The translations under genes were made by a program, and so were the position numbers. Of a stretch of DNA of 64,000 nt, positions 34,916-47,514 are shown one piece after another; the stretch's first letter is position 1, and each line of letters begins with the position of its first letter. The stretch spans positions 372,001-436,000 of the forward strand of contig JAUFOQ010000017.1 of assembly GCA_040285855.1 (NCBI GenBank), written 5' to 3'. The stretch is from Eukaryota sp. GEM-RC1. Lineage: Eukaryota. The notes under the pieces were generated by a model. The model saw only the letters and a list, made by a program, of their open reading frames with translations. It did not search any database and had not been told where the DNA came from.

Positions 34916-35941
34916 ATGAACATCCAAGATCTTCAAACCATACCGAAGCTTCATAGCTCGATCATTGGAGCTTCTGCTCTAACTACTTATATTGTTATCT
35001 TTTTCCTTGGTCGACGATCAAATAGAAACCGTGCCAAGTCATATGCCATGGTAATAGATCCCGCTCTTCAATCAGAGTTCGCTAAAGTTGGTGTTAGTGA
35101 CTCTGCTCTTCTGTTTCAAGACAGTCCCGAGTACTTCTACCATCACGCCTCTGGGAGAAAGCAGGTTCCTTGTATTACCACTCAGATTAGCTTTGCCCCT
35201 AGACACTGTTTAGTTACTTCCCTCTACTCGTTCTTCTTCCCAAAACGAGACACCGCAAAGGGCCAGCTCCTCATCGAATCTCCTCCAGAGACTCTAGTGT
35301 CCTTTGCCATTGTTAGAAGATCTTTTGAAAGGAAGTTTAGAGAACAGTATCCTCTCTTTACGTCAATTGCCTCTTCTCAAGCCAAGGATTTTGAAGTTCC
35401 AAAAGACTTCATTGTTCTTTGTGATGTCAATGGTCCTACACAGGCCATCCTCAACTCATGTGAGTTCTTCAAAAGAGTTTCTCCAAAGTCAATGACTCTA
35501 TTAAAGTATTTCTTTGTAGTAGAAAAGTCAAACTTTGAAGCAAGTAGATTTGTTTCAACAGAAACTGGTAACGTCATTGCTGAGTTTGAGTTGAAACTGC
35601 CTCTTAATCCACAAGGATATGAGTTGTTAACCCCTTTGTATGAGGAAATTCTGTCTATTGGGGACCGGGTCTCTACTTTCAAACCCACCCCTACTGTTCT
35701 TGCTGCAATGGAAGCTAAGAGGAGGCAGGCAAAGAAGGAAGAGATGAAGGAGAATAGAAAGAAGAGAGAGCAGATGGAAGCCAAGTTGAAGGAGGAAAAG
35801 GAGAAGGAGTTTGACCGACAGTTGGCCACGCTTCCTGCTGATGTTGCTGCAATGAAGAAGGAAGAACGAAAGAGGTTGAGAGCAAAGAGAGAGGAGAGGA
35901 AGCGAGCTAAAGGTGGTGTTCAGAGAATCGTGATGTCCTAA
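34916..35941 (+). CDS. CCDC47: CCDC47 / PAT complex subunit (DUF1682)
   Basis: TM followed by GRRSNRNRA, L.SEFAKVG, HASGR, C-terminal basic coiled coil. Confidence 0.75.
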   Translation: MNIQDLQTIPKLHSSIIGASALTTYIVIFFLGRRSNRNRAKSYAMVIDPALQSEFAKVGVSDSALLFQDSPEYFYHHASGRKQVPCITTQISFAPRHCLVTSLYSFFFPKRDTAKGQLLIESPPETLVSFAIVRRSFERKFREQYPLFTSIASSQAKDFEVPKDFIVLCDVNGPTQAILNSCEFFKRVSPKSMTLLKYFFVVEKSNFEASRFVSTETGNVIAEFELKLPLNPQGYELLTPLYEEILSIGDRVSTFKPTPTVLAAMEAKRRQAKKEEMKENRKKREQMEAKLKEEKEKEFDRQLATLPADVAAMKKEERKRLRAKREERKRAKGGVQRIVMS

Positions 35942-36137
35942 TTTTAAAATATTTGGAATTAATTCATTGGCCACTTTTAAATAAAAAAATGTCTCATGTC
36001 TCTTTGAATCTGTAAAGATTAAAAATATCTCTGTGGTTTATTAAACTGACACATTATATTCACTTTATAAAGCTGAGACATGATTGTGTAAAACCGGCAA
36101 AAAATCTAATTTAAATGCTAATGCTAATTTAAATAAG

Positions 36138-37769
36138 TTAACTACTGTCTTCATCAACAATCATTTCATCACCACGCACATCAACAGAATTACGTGAGGA
36201 ATCACTAGAATCTGCAATATCTTCTTCAACATCTTCTTGTGGACTTGAGGAATCTTCTGAATGTGACAAATCCTTAATATTCTGATCATCACCGTCTACA
36301 ACAATACCCTCACCGACTTCTTCTTCCACAGCTTCACTGTCGTCTTGCTTTTCTTCTTCCACAGCTTCATTATCACCAGAGACTGGCTTACTTACTCCAC
36401 TCTGCATTTCTTCAGATTTCCTCTCAGTAGAAGTAGGCAGGACACTCTCATCATCAAACCTGTAAGGTCTTAATGAAAAGGCAGCTACTAGACATATACC
36501 AAGTAAGATTGGAATATACACAAAGAAGGGAATATAAAGTAGATGATCTTCAACACCAGTGTCTTGTCCATGAGTCTGAATAGCATTTAAAATCGTACTT
36601 CCAATAACACCCGCAGTTGCCCACGCAGCTAGAGTCATACCATGAAGAGAAGCCAAAGACTTGGAACCAAACATTTCAGCTAGGATACTTGGTAAAGAGC
36701 CTAAAGATCCACTCATACCACTAATGATCAACATTGCAAAGATGACAAACAGAGGAAGTAACTGTTGATCCATGATGGGTGTCATTAGAGCAGTGACAAT
36801 GAACTGACTTCCCAATAGCCAAACAAAGAGCCACTTTCTGGATAAGTTTAAGGCAGCAAGGACATCGGAGAGGATTGGATAGAGAAGACGACCAAGCATG
36901 TTGATGACGCTGAAAAGGGCGATATAAGATCCAGCTTGAATGTCAGTCATGTCAAAGACATCCTGCATCATTGGAGAGAGCAAGGAGATGATTGAGACAC
37001 CAGTAAAGGTAGTACCGAGGATTGTTAACCAAACACGCCAGTACAAGAAGGTTCGGAGAGCTTGACCGAGAGTTATACTTCGTTCAGAAGAGATAGCATT
37101 CTTTACTTTTTCAGAGGCGTTCTTAGGAAAGTAACCGGGCGGAGGTTTGCAGATGAAGATGGTTGTGAGGAAGGTACATATACCTCCATACAATCCCATG
37201 ATAATAAGAGTCTCAGCTGGACCTGTGGCGTTGAGAATACGGGTGTTGACGATGCCGTTGAGACTAGCACCAAGGCCAAAGCCAGATAGAGCAACTCCTC
37301 CAGCAAATCCTTTGAGGTCAGGGAACCATTGAACAGTGCTGCTGACAGGAGTTACATATCCAAGAGAGAATCCCATTCCACCAATGACTCCATAGGCAAT
37401 CCAAAACAGATGTTTCAGATCAGCAAATACGGCTACTCCAGCCAACACGTGGCCTAATGCATAGAACAATGCACTACTGAATCCAGTAAAACGAGGACCC
37501 CTTTTATCTACCAATCTGCCACTGACAGGACAAAGAAAGCCAAGACCTGCAACACCAACACTATACGCCAAACTGGGAATGCCACGCCAATGGGTATACA
37601 TGTTTTGCAAGGGCGCCGTAAAGATAGAGAAACCATAAAGAGTTCCTATGTTGATTTGCAACAAAAAACCGCAAGCAAGGATAAGATACCTATTCTTGTT
37701 CCATCCCTGAATCCTGGGATCGTCAGGCCCTAGATAGGGACCAGTGACTTTTTGAGCCGATTGGGGCAT
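36138..37769 (-). CDS. MFS transporter, oxalate:formate antiporter (OFA)-like
   Basis: About 12 TM segments, GRLVDKRGPR, WFPDLKGFAGG...GFGLG, acidic C-terminal tail. Confidence 0.85.
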   Translation of the reverse strand: MPQSAQKVTGPYLGPDDPRIQGWNKNRYLILACGFLLQINIGTLYGFSIFTAPLQNMYTHWRGIPSLAYSVGVAGLGFLCPVSGRLVDKRGPRFTGFSSALFYALGHVLAGVAVFADLKHLFWIAYGVIGGMGFSLGYVTPVSSTVQWFPDLKGFAGGVALSGFGLGASLNGIVNTRILNATGPAETLIIMGLYGGICTFLTTIFICKPPPGYFPKNASEKVKNAISSERSITLGQALRTFLYWRVWLTILGTTFTGVSIISLLSPMMQDVFDMTDIQAGSYIALFSVINMLGRLLYPILSDVLAALNLSRKWLFVWLLGSQFIVTALMTPIMDQQLLPLFVIFAMLIISGMSGSLGSLPSILAEMFGSKSLASLHGMTLAAWATAGVIGSTILNAIQTHGQDTGVEDHLLYIPFFVYIPILLGICLVAAFSLRPYRFDDESVLPTSTERKSEEMQSGVSKPVSGDNEAVEEEKQDDSEAVEEEVGEGIVVDGDDQNIKDLSHSEDSSSPQEDVEEDIADSSDSSRNSVDVRGDEMIVDEDSS

Positions 37770-39513
37770 TTATATCAGAAGAAAAATTGACTATTGTTCT
37801 TACCTCAAGAATTGTAGAGTTGCCTTTTTTTCTTTCCTCGCATCCTCTGTCAAACAGTATTGTTTGACAGGTCATTTCTTCACGTACTAGTAATTCCGAT
37901 GTTTCTACAATCTGATTCCCATAAAGATAGTCGGTGGTCTATCGATTAGAATTTTGATTTAGTGGTCAATTCTGAGAGACTCATTTTAAGACATGTGCAG
38001 TAGTCATTCGGATCACGAGAAATTGGTAACATGTGAGGGTAGTTATTCTCTATCGATAAATCAGATTCGACCTACTACTACCTTGCATCCGCATTAATTG
38101 GATCAATCAGTAATGTTTACGGTACTGTAGTTGATCATCATGATACTTGAATCTAAAAGAACCCCGAAGTATACCAATTCTTTCAAAACATTCTTTTTAT
38201 TGATCGATTTCTAGTTCGTAACCGTACCTTAGCAACGGTCTGAAATACCATCAACCAGCTCCAAATAAACTTGTTGCTCAGTACAGTCTACCCTCCCAAT
38301 ATGACCACCCTCCGAATAAGTCCACCCTCCCATTATGACCAAGTTTTCACTGTCCGACTTTTTGTCTTACCTTAACCGATTCACTTACTCCAAATAAACA
38401 TGTTTCCTTTTTCGTATCTTCGATGTCAACATTATCGTGATCTCTTTCGTTCATGTTTTTGATGGTTTTCATAACGAATCTCACATTTTTGACTTCACAT
38501 ATCTATATCCTTTTGCTACAACATCTTTGATGGCTCACTTGTTGTTAATTATCACTTGGTTAAGACAATCTCATGTGTTCTGGTCAGATCTTATTCCTTA
38601 TAATCTCCTCCCCCTCGAACCACTCTAGATCATGTCAAACAATGTTTTGGTCTTGTCTGTGGAGGAAAATTGTGTTGAGAGAGACGCTCTCTCAAAAACA
38701 GTCAATTCCCCTCAGTAACGCCTTTTCAGCCTTCTTCCTTCATCACAATCATCAGAAATTCTTTTGTACACTCGTACGTTCACAGTTCTCTCCTATTTGA
38801 ATGTTGGTGGACATCTTGTCCTTCAAATATCGCTTGTTTTTTATCCGCTTGTTGTGAGTCACAGAACTTCATCCTCTCCCTAGATATGCGCTTTGTCAGC
38901 TATTGCTTTCCTTTTATCGTGATCTGAAATCCTGTACAAGATCATTGCTTTGGGGATCTTAGCCTTTACACTTTCTCTCTATAGTTGTTATCTGTTCATA
39001 AAAGCTGAAAGCAGTGGTCAAACTCTCTGCAGCAGTTCATATTCATCAAAATTGTCACGGTGTCTCCTTGTTTCTCCCCAACCATGGTCATTCATTGAAA
39101 TGGCCAAGTTTGAGGAAAATGTATCACCTTTGATTTTTGGCTGAGATTGAGTATTTCACACATCATGTTTCAAGTCAATCAACAACATTGAGCACTAACT
39201 TAACTCATGCACTATGGAGATCAATGAAGTTTTCTTTCCAACATTTTATTTATATTTATTTATATTGTGTTTTATTTTGTTCTATTTGCATGATCGCCAA
39301 AAAGGCTCAAAAATAAATATAAATAGAAATAAATAAAATTTTTGTTTATTTATGAGGAGCCCTGGCTGTAGTCCTCTTTATGACTAATTGAAATCTTTTA
39401 GATTTCAATTGTACTATGCCATATCTCTATCTCGATCTAAGCGCATTGTTTTAAAAAAGGTTTTGAGGTAAGTGTGGGAAACAACATAAACACACCCTCT
39501 CTTGACCATCAAT

Positions 39514-40150
39514 CAGGAATGTTAAAAAATATATTTAAATAAATATAATATTGTGTGGGTTTACAATAAATATATTGATATCGTCAACACAACAATAAAT
39601 ATATTGATATTGTCACATTTGACAATAAATAAATATATTTATTGCCACTATCTCTAGTACTGGTATAATGTAGAAAAAACAGGGTTTACGGTCAATCGAA
39701 TAAAAAATTTCTAATGTAGTAAGGCAGTCTATTCTTCGTCCATTACATCCCAATCTTGGTGCAACAAATCTTGACAAGGACTGTGGAGAAAAATTCATCA
39801 AGTAGTATTTTCATGTCAAAGTTGGAGTTGTACAGTAAAAGTAACTGTTTTTCAAGGCTTGAAGGGTTCAAACGTGATCAAAGAGTGCCAGTAGTAAGCC
39901 TTGTGCGACTGAACAATCTTTCGAACAACTAAAGTCTTTATAGTCATTTTGATTCATAACAGTATGATCAACTGTTTGTATCATATCTTACAAAATCGAG
40001 ACAACGTTGAACGAGTTGTTTGAAGAAAGTTCGATATTTGCAAATGGAAACACGACTATTTAGCATGAAAATATATTGTCACAATACTGAAATATATTAC
40101 AATATTATTGCATTTTGCCGATTGAGACAATGAATATATTGTTGATCCAA
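39514..40150. mobile_element. Diverged, right-truncated copy of the hAT element at 32250-32994
   Basis: Left TIR CAGGAATGTTAAAAAATATAT and collinear internal sequence (e.g. GAAGAAAGTTCGATATTTGCAAATG). Confidence 0.82.
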
Positions 40151-40684
40151 CCGTTGTGTAATGGGGTAGGTTTATCTGTCTATTCTATTTTCTTTAGTGT
40201 AACTTTTTCGAATTAAGCACTTTTTTAATTAAACAATTCTAAAACAAATACTAGAGACAGAGACTATTCAGTTTTCCTTCTTTCTGAGCAGTTTCCTTTC
40301 CGACACACCTTTGCAACCATGCCACAGGTCGGTATTCCTCAAAATCATCCATGGAAACGGCCAACATGTACAAATATAGAGTTTTGATCAATATTTTTTT
40401 ATCAACAGTTGCCTTTTTGTCCAAAATAAACAAAGAATACAAATGCAATGTATTATTTAATATAGAATAATACTGTATTTGTTTTCCAAGTTTGATTCTG
40501 TACACAAAATATTTCTCTGGATTTAGTTGGGTGTTGTAATACACTTTTCTTGAATTGCACTCGCAGCTCTTGGTCCACCAAGTAGTTGCCTTATTGGAAT
40601 GGCAACACTCGGTGTCTAATAATTAGAAACAAAAGCCCGAGATTTAGCTACTAAATCTTGTGAACTTCGTTACAACTTACAATC

Positions 40685-43600
40685 ATGTCCTGGCCTCGCT
40701 TAACCAACTGTTTATCACCACGATATAGCGATAGTCTGTCATCTAAACTATTTTCTTCTCCATCTATCAGTCTTCAATCTGATCCATGGTCTTTCTTATC
40801 TCAACATGGATTTACAGATCATCATATCACTTCTCGCCCCCAAACTCATTGGGACGACGTTATTGCATCAATACCCGCTGCTGCTATCGCTTTCCACCAA
40901 CTTAAAAATTGGAAACGTTCAGCAGCAAAGTTTTTCTCTCGCTCATTCGCTCATTCTCCCTCATCGCCTCCTCACTCTTCACCGCAATTTCCACTCAATG
41001 TTATTGAACCTCTTCTCTCCCATCATCAATCCCAAATCAACCTTATCCTTCAAGAAATGATCACGTTATCTTTCCCTCCTTGGCTGGATTTTGATGAGTT
41101 GGCATTTCTTGAGATGCAATTGGAGTACTTTGTGGATAGTACTTTAAGATCACAGTTGCCTTGCATTTTATTGTCTAATAATCCACTGGCTTATTTCAAT
41201 GCCGTTATTAATTTTTTAAAATTTAAAGAGACTAAAATTCTTGTTTTGACCAGTTCTAGTTCATTGCTCGGACTTAGTCAGTCCTTTCGAGAGTGTTTAA
41301 AACCAACTGAATTTATTGTAATTCAAAATTCTGAAAATTTGAATTCAACACTGTCACAGTTTGATGGTGGCTTTTTGTTGTGCAGTTTTTCAAATTTTCT
41401 GGAAAATTTTCTTGTTTTTGAACAAGAGTTTTCATTTTCATCCATTTTTTTAAATTTGTTTGATTTGACGGAGTTTGACATTGTATGGTACATATCAGAA
41501 AAGATTTATCGGTCCTCACATCTGAAATTTAAAGTATTTTCAAAATTAATGTGCATGTCTAGTGAACAAATTCAAAACTGTCGACATGTTATGTCTTTTC
41601 TGGCTCCGATCGTGTTTGGTTTTAAAGACGTTTTCGATGCTTTGATTGACCTTCCTAATATAGAAGAGCTCATCAGTAATGAGCTGATTGATTCAACAAT
41701 CGATTTGACTCAGTTTGATTGGATGTCGGGATTCCTTCCATCCCTGGGATTTTCAATTGATTTTTCTGATGTTGAAAGATTTTCTTTTGATTGGAAAAGT
41801 CACGTTTTTGAATCTGAATACTTAGATACAATTGATGATTCTGTGCCGATCACAACACTTCCAGCTCTTGAAACAAATTTAAATTTGTTGGTCAAAGCTC
41901 GTAGAATTTGGTTTTCTTCGGATTTGGCTCCAAGTTTGAATTTGAAACTGTCTTTTGATATTGAAAGTCTTTTAGACTTTATATGTGTGATTTCTTCTTT
42001 TGACTATGATTTCACATCAAGAATTTTAAATTTGAGTTCCTTTTTTGATCGAAATTTTTCATCAATATTGGCCGATAATTCTATTCGAAATGCTGCATTT
42101 GCAGTATTTTCTCTACCAAAAATGATGCAATTTTCAAATTTTCTTCAATCAAGGTGTCAATCCTTGTACAATTTCGGTGACTTGCTATCAAAACATTGTG
42201 TTTATCTCAAATTTGAAAAATTCAATAGTCTATACTATCCACCTGTTAATGATTTTTCCAAAACTCTACATTTCCATTCGAACACAGTCTTTAGAAATTT
42301 CCTTCAACATTTGAATTCCATTCCTTCAGGAAGTCGTTGCTGTGTCTGCACTGCTTCCAATTCCCTTTTAAACTCTTTTTCAATGTTTCTTTCTTTGAAA
42401 TTGCCTTATTTCAATAAGAAAGTTCATCTTTTCAGTTTTTGTGTTAATACAACACTTGAGCAACAATATGACGTGTTCAATCGTTTTGAATCTTCTGTTC
42501 CGAATAATTCTATTAAAATACTTTGCATCACTCAAAAAATGTTCCGATATTTCAATTATTATCGAAAGTCTGATTATTTGTATTTTTTGGGAAAAGATCA
42601 TTTGCTTTCGTTCTTTGATTTTCATAAGCTCGGTCACGCTTTGACTGTCAATCAGTTGTTGTTTGATTTTGATCCTATATTGTCCCTTGATTACGATGAT
42701 AACGAAGTAATTGTGCGCTTTCTGAATACAGAAACTTCTTTTAGCCTCAGCAATCATCAGTTAAAAAGTCTTTCAAAGTCAATCGAGGATGACGATGATC
42801 ACAAGGAATTCTGTCTACTATTCAATGAAAATCATCGGAATTCACTGGAATTAGATCTCAATACTTCTTTTAGAATGATTGAAGGAAGTTCAAAACAACG
42901 TGATTTTAAACTTGATCCAGACTTTCATCCCTCACAATTTCCAATAATTTGTGAAAATTCGCAAAATTTAAAAGATTTTATTTCAGATAAGTTCAATGAT
43001 ATCTATGAAATTGATCTAATCGATCCTCATCCGGCTGTCAAGTCACGTCAAGACCTTCTAAATCCGTTATTCTTACCCCCTTCGCAGTTTTCGACCACTC
43101 CAATCATGTCATTCAATCCTCCTTCCTATTCTGAACCTCCTGATCCCATCACGTCATCATCGTTCACTCTTAAACCCTTCTCCAAACCAGTACAACCTGA
43201 GGAACCTAAACCAATCATTGAACCGCCTAAACCCCAGCCAATCAAGAAAAGAAGGCGATCACGTGTGAGTCAAAGCAAGTCTTTGGATGTAGCTGAACCT
43301 AAAAAGAAGAGACCGTTAAAGAAATCAAGTTTGAAGGACAGTACGAGATCTCTCACTGGTTTTGAACTGATGACGTTTCAGCCTCTTGATGATTACTATC
43401 TTCTTCGGGCAGTCAAGGAGTGTCTTGGGAATATTGCCTTCATTAGGGATTTATTGATTTTGAAAACAGGAAAAGCTTTCGCCAAAAGTGATATTTCAAA
43501 TAGAATTAATTTTTTAAATTCTTCTGAGGGATCTGAGGCATGTTCTACTGCCGAAGGTGTTGGAATCACATTCTTCTCAGGCTTTCCCGTTGAAATATCT

Positions 43601-43858
43601 CAAACAATTCAATATTTCGGTAATATTTCAATTCCCCCGTCTGATACCAAACAATTCACCTCAATCCTATCCTCAATTCTCTCTGACTATGTTCCTCCTA
43701 GTTCTTCCCAATTAAGACAGCTCTCTAGTCCCACAGCCCATCCCTCGTGGCAATGGACTGCAATGCAAGCTGCCTTACCAGTAATTACTCAATTATCTGT
43801 TTCGTCTCTTGATTTTGGAAGAAAAAGAAGGGGTTCTATTGAAAAAAGAAGGAAATAG
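40685..43858 (+). CDS. Large protein, possibly a very divergent SWR1/p400/EAF1-like subunit (HSA...SANT)
   Basis: 1057-aa ORF; THWDDVI...F.....WK..AAK resembles HSA; FQPLDDYYLLRAV....GN resembles SANT; basic NLS-like tracts. ORF solid, family tentative. Confidence 0.5.
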   Translation: MSWPRLTNCLSPRYSDSLSSKLFSSPSISLQSDPWSFLSQHGFTDHHITSRPQTHWDDVIASIPAAAIAFHQLKNWKRSAAKFFSRSFAHSPSSPPHSSPQFPLNVIEPLLSHHQSQINLILQEMITLSFPPWLDFDELAFLEMQLEYFVDSTLRSQLPCILLSNNPLAYFNAVINFLKFKETKILVLTSSSSLLGLSQSFRECLKPTEFIVIQNSENLNSTLSQFDGGFLLCSFSNFLENFLVFEQEFSFSSIFLNLFDLTEFDIVWYISEKIYRSSHLKFKVFSKLMCMSSEQIQNCRHVMSFLAPIVFGFKDVFDALIDLPNIEELISNELIDSTIDLTQFDWMSGFLPSLGFSIDFSDVERFSFDWKSHVFESEYLDTIDDSVPITTLPALETNLNLLVKARRIWFSSDLAPSLNLKLSFDIESLLDFICVISSFDYDFTSRILNLSSFFDRNFSSILADNSIRNAAFAVFSLPKMMQFSNFLQSRCQSLYNFGDLLSKHCVYLKFEKFNSLYYPPVNDFSKTLHFHSNTVFRNFLQHLNSIPSGSRCCVCTASNSLLNSFSMFLSLKLPYFNKKVHLFSFCVNTTLEQQYDVFNRFESSVPNNSIKILCITQKMFRYFNYYRKSDYLYFLGKDHLLSFFDFHKLGHALTVNQLLFDFDPILSLDYDDNEVIVRFLNTETSFSLSNHQLKSLSKSIEDDDDHKEFCLLFNENHRNSLELDLNTSFRMIEGSSKQRDFKLDPDFHPSQFPIICENSQNLKDFISDKFNDIYEIDLIDPHPAVKSRQDLLNPLFLPPSQFSTTPIMSFNPPSYSEPPDPITSSSFTLKPFSKPVQPEEPKPIIEPPKPQPIKKRRRSRVSQSKSLDVAEPKKKRPLKKSSLKDSTRSLTGFELMTFQPLDDYYLLRAVKECLGNIAFIRDLLILKTGKAFAKSDISNRINFLNSSEGSEACSTAEGVGITFFSGFPVEISQTIQYFGNISIPPSDTKQFTSILSSILSDYVPPSSSQLRQLSSPTAHPSWQWTAMQAALPVITQLSVSSLDFGRKRRGSIEKRRK

Positions 43859-43886
43859 AATTTATCAAGAAATAACTATTGTGATA

Positions 43887-46800
43887 TTATGATGAAGCAA
43901 AAGTTTCATTGTCATGAACAGTAAGACTTTCAGTTTGTTCTAAATCGAAACCTATTTCTGCTCCAATTTTCAAATATGATTGTAGAAAATCAAATTGGCC
44001 CCTAGTTTGTTCTAAATCGTCATCATTTGCAAATTTTGAAAATATCTGCTTCAAATGATCCTCCAGCTCATTGGTGACGTCATCTAGTAATGTGACACGT
44101 GTAGTAATTGCTTTCAATAAGATTTGGGTTAAGGACCCGTCTAATAATCTCATCCATTTAGCATTTTCCAATAAAGAAATTAATTCCAATGGCAAATCTA
44201 ATGATTTTTCAACACATCGGAGAATCATTACAGCTAAGGCATTCAGAACAAGTGTTCCAGATTTGAAAATGGCATAATCCCATTCCAAATTTTTGAACAT
44301 TTCACATAATTTATCTAATATTAGCTGAGCCTCTGCTTTAGTGAATTCTATTACAGCTGTCGACAACAAAGCCAAAGCATATGCAGTTTCATCAGAAAGT
44401 TGGCTTTCTTCCAACATTGAATCAATCATGGAAATAGCTTCAAAGACAAACGCTGGAGAACTTTTGCAGAGTTGCACTGGAATGACTTCAGGACATAGTA
44501 GAACAGAGACCGATAGCAAGGTGGATTTGGATTGGACAAAACCATTGGTAACGAGAAAGAGAGAGGAATTGGTGGTATCCCGGTCGAAATCAACCAATGA
44601 CTTGAGCTCCATTGAAGCAGGAAAGTCGTTAAAGCTGAGGATGGAAGGTATTTGAATTGGAAAACTATACACCGAGTTAATATTCGTTATAATTGATTGT
44701 AAATCACCAATCGATTTCCTCAGTTCAATCAAATCGACATCAGAGTCAGCAGAATCAATTGCGTTCACAAAAGTTAAAATTTCATCACAAATTTGAACTG
44801 CTGGGAAAATTCTCTCTGCAAAGTCGGAAGAAAACGGTCCATGCAATGATTCCATTCCGTCAGCAACTTCAGTCATGATACTAGAAACGATATCTAAAGT
44901 CTCGTCCACATCCATTGAGGATTTAACCAAGCTCTCACGTATCACCTTCTGAGTTTTCGACAGTGAATTACAATCAAATAAATCAAAAGAGGAAACTAAG
45001 CTGTAGAAACTACAAAGAACAATGGGAGTGAAGGACAAAAGAAGACGTGAAGGACAAGAAGCTAATAATGATTTGAATAGCAGAAGTCCAGTAGCAATAA
45101 ACGTGATTTGATTGGAAGTCATAAGGAAACTGGCAGTTGTAAGAGCTTTGTTATAAAACTCTTGTGCTTTTGATTCTGCAAATGAAAGAGTTTCTGCACA
45201 GATTAATCTGATCGTAAGGCAGACTTTGTTGTAGAAATCAGTTGAAGGAGATGTCGTCATGATTTTAGAGTGCATAGAATCAATCAAAAGAGACAACAAT
45301 CAAACGAAGAGGAAACTCACCAAGTAACCCTCCAAGAGTTACTTGATGACGTGATCTGATTGTTTCGTTGGTGGAAAAGGCAAGTCCAGGAGAAATGAGC
45401 TCAACTAAAGCTAATTGATTTAGAAGAGGGTTTCCTTCTGATCCGATTGATTTCGATCCCTTTCTGTTGTACAATCTTAACGACTTGACAATAGCATCAA
45501 TCAAATCAGCAGATGCAATCACAACGTCATCAAAGTCATCATCAACACATTTATGAACTAATGACGTTACAAAACCGAGACCTTCCTCATTCATCAGAGT
45601 TCCTTGACTCAATACAAAAGAGGAAAGTGCACGAACACCTGCCACTCTCACAAACTCATGATGGTCAGACAACGTTTCCACTAACACCCCAGCAATGGAT
45701 CCTACTAATGGCAGAGAACCAGACTCAATGACAGCCATAGCAACAGGGGTAACTAGAATCTCAGCAAATCCTTTTAAAACACACTCCTTGAGTTCAGGAT
45801 TAGAGTTGAAAGAGGAAGTTCCGCAAGTAGAGATCAAATCAGAAATGATTGATGAACAGATCTTACCCTTGGAAAGTGCATGAACCCCGTCTGATTTTGA
45901 AATTTGTTCCAGATTTAAAGAGAACACGTTGCTCAAACTTCCCATTCCCATACTATGAAGTACAACATTCAAAGTCCTCAAAGCCATGTCTCTAATGGGC
46001 ATTGAAGCATGATGAGACAACTTAAACAGTCCAGGTACAACCTTGACTGCTTCAGAACTATCTAGACCTCGTTTAACTAAGGAATTAATGTTTCTACCTG
46101 CTGAATCGTTAAGTAATGGAAAAGGTGCGGTTAGGAACTTTAAAATCAAAGGTTTTACAAATGAATGGTACATATCTGATACCCAGTGAGCTCCAGGAAG
46201 TACAAAATCCTTAGTAACGCCGGCAACCTCACACTCAGTGTTACCCCCTTCAGATAGATCTGATTGCATTAGAATGAGCTCTACTAGAGCATCAGAACAC
46301 GCAGAATTGACTACCATTTTTTCAAGATCTTGGGGACTTGGTTTTTGAGAAAGCTCAAGACCACACGAACCTACCATTGAGAGAGCAGAAGCAACATTAC
46401 GAACAGTGGCTGGTTTTAGAAAGACACCGTACAAGGCAGAGTAGATCTTAATTGCCTCTGCAACACCATGCTGAGTTCTCCAAGAAGAAGAAGTAGAAAG
46501 AAGTTCAGAAAGATTCAACAGGAATCCTTCGGAAGTGACGTCATCAGGACCTAAAAGAGCAACTGCTCGAGCTGCAATCCTTCTAACATTAAGATCTTCA
46601 TCTCCCAAGCAAAGCAAAGCTACCCCCCGGGTCTCCTCGGTGACTAGAGATCGAGAAGTAGAGGATCCGATGCGAGCAAGAGCACGTAGGGATTGGAGAC
46701 GAACGTAGCAGGAGTATGAGTTGGCATGAGTTGAACGAGTACATTGAGAAAGAGAGACGAGAAGAGAACGAGCGACTGAAGCGATCTCGTCAATGGGATC

Positions 46801-47314
46801 AGCTGGAAGAGATCGTATACAGAATCCTGCTGCCATGGCACTTCCTTCACAAGGTTCCCAAACAGAAGGCTTATTAAGATGGGATTTGAGGTATGGAGCT
46901 ATGGTGATAAGAGTGCGAGGATGAGCAGCAACGATGGCACCTAGGAGTTGAGCTGAGCATTCACGAACTTCTCTTTTGAGATCGGGAAGAAATTCGATAC
47001 AGTAAGCAATGACTTTTTCAAGATAGTCAGAGGATAATGAGTATGAGACAACATGACAAAGGCCAAAGGTTGCAGCTTGTGTGAGATGCCAGCGTTGAAG
47101 TGAGGAGACTGAGAGAAGGGTATCGATGATGTTGTCAAGGTCTGTAGCGTCTTCTCCAGACTTGAGTTCATCCAAAAGTGGATCAAGATATGTATAGACA
47201 CGATGATCATCTACTGTACTGATGTGAGCTTCTCAGAGAAACACACGTTTTAGAGCTTTCCTCACTGATAACATTTTGAAGATTTAGAAGAAGAATGTCA
47301 AAGTTGCAAGACAT
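43887..47314 (-). CDS. HEAT/ARM-repeat protein with one 28-nt intron (47219-47246) and a T-run frameshift at ~45287
   Basis: HEAT motifs (DLKREVRECSAQLLG, DEDLNVRRIAARAV, SSWRTQHG, DHHEFVRVAG); ATG 47314 is in frame after removing GTGTGT...CTCACATCAG. Confidence 0.72.
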
Positions 47315-47355
47315 TGTAGAACAATGATGAAGTTTTATTCGTGGACACTTTACTA

Positions 47356-47501
47356 CAAATGCATTTATTTCACTGACTGATCATAAACCCCGTTTTTCTT
47401 TACTACATGTAGCACAATAGTATTGTTTAGTAAACATGACCATTGTGATACATGTGTTTACAAAAACGGGGTTTATGATCAGTCAGAAATAAATGCATTT
47501 G
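47356..47501. repeat. Inverted repeat with ~40-bp arms (47356-47397 and 47462-47501)
   Basis: CAAATGCATTTATTTC(AC)TGACTGATCATAAACCCCGTTTTT and its reverse complement. Confidence 0.85.
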
Positions 47502-47514
47502 CAGAAGATAATAA

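Noticed and set aside
38284..39365. Tc1/pogo-like element starting TA-CAGTCTACCCTCCC
   Set aside because: No matching right TIR and no readable transposase
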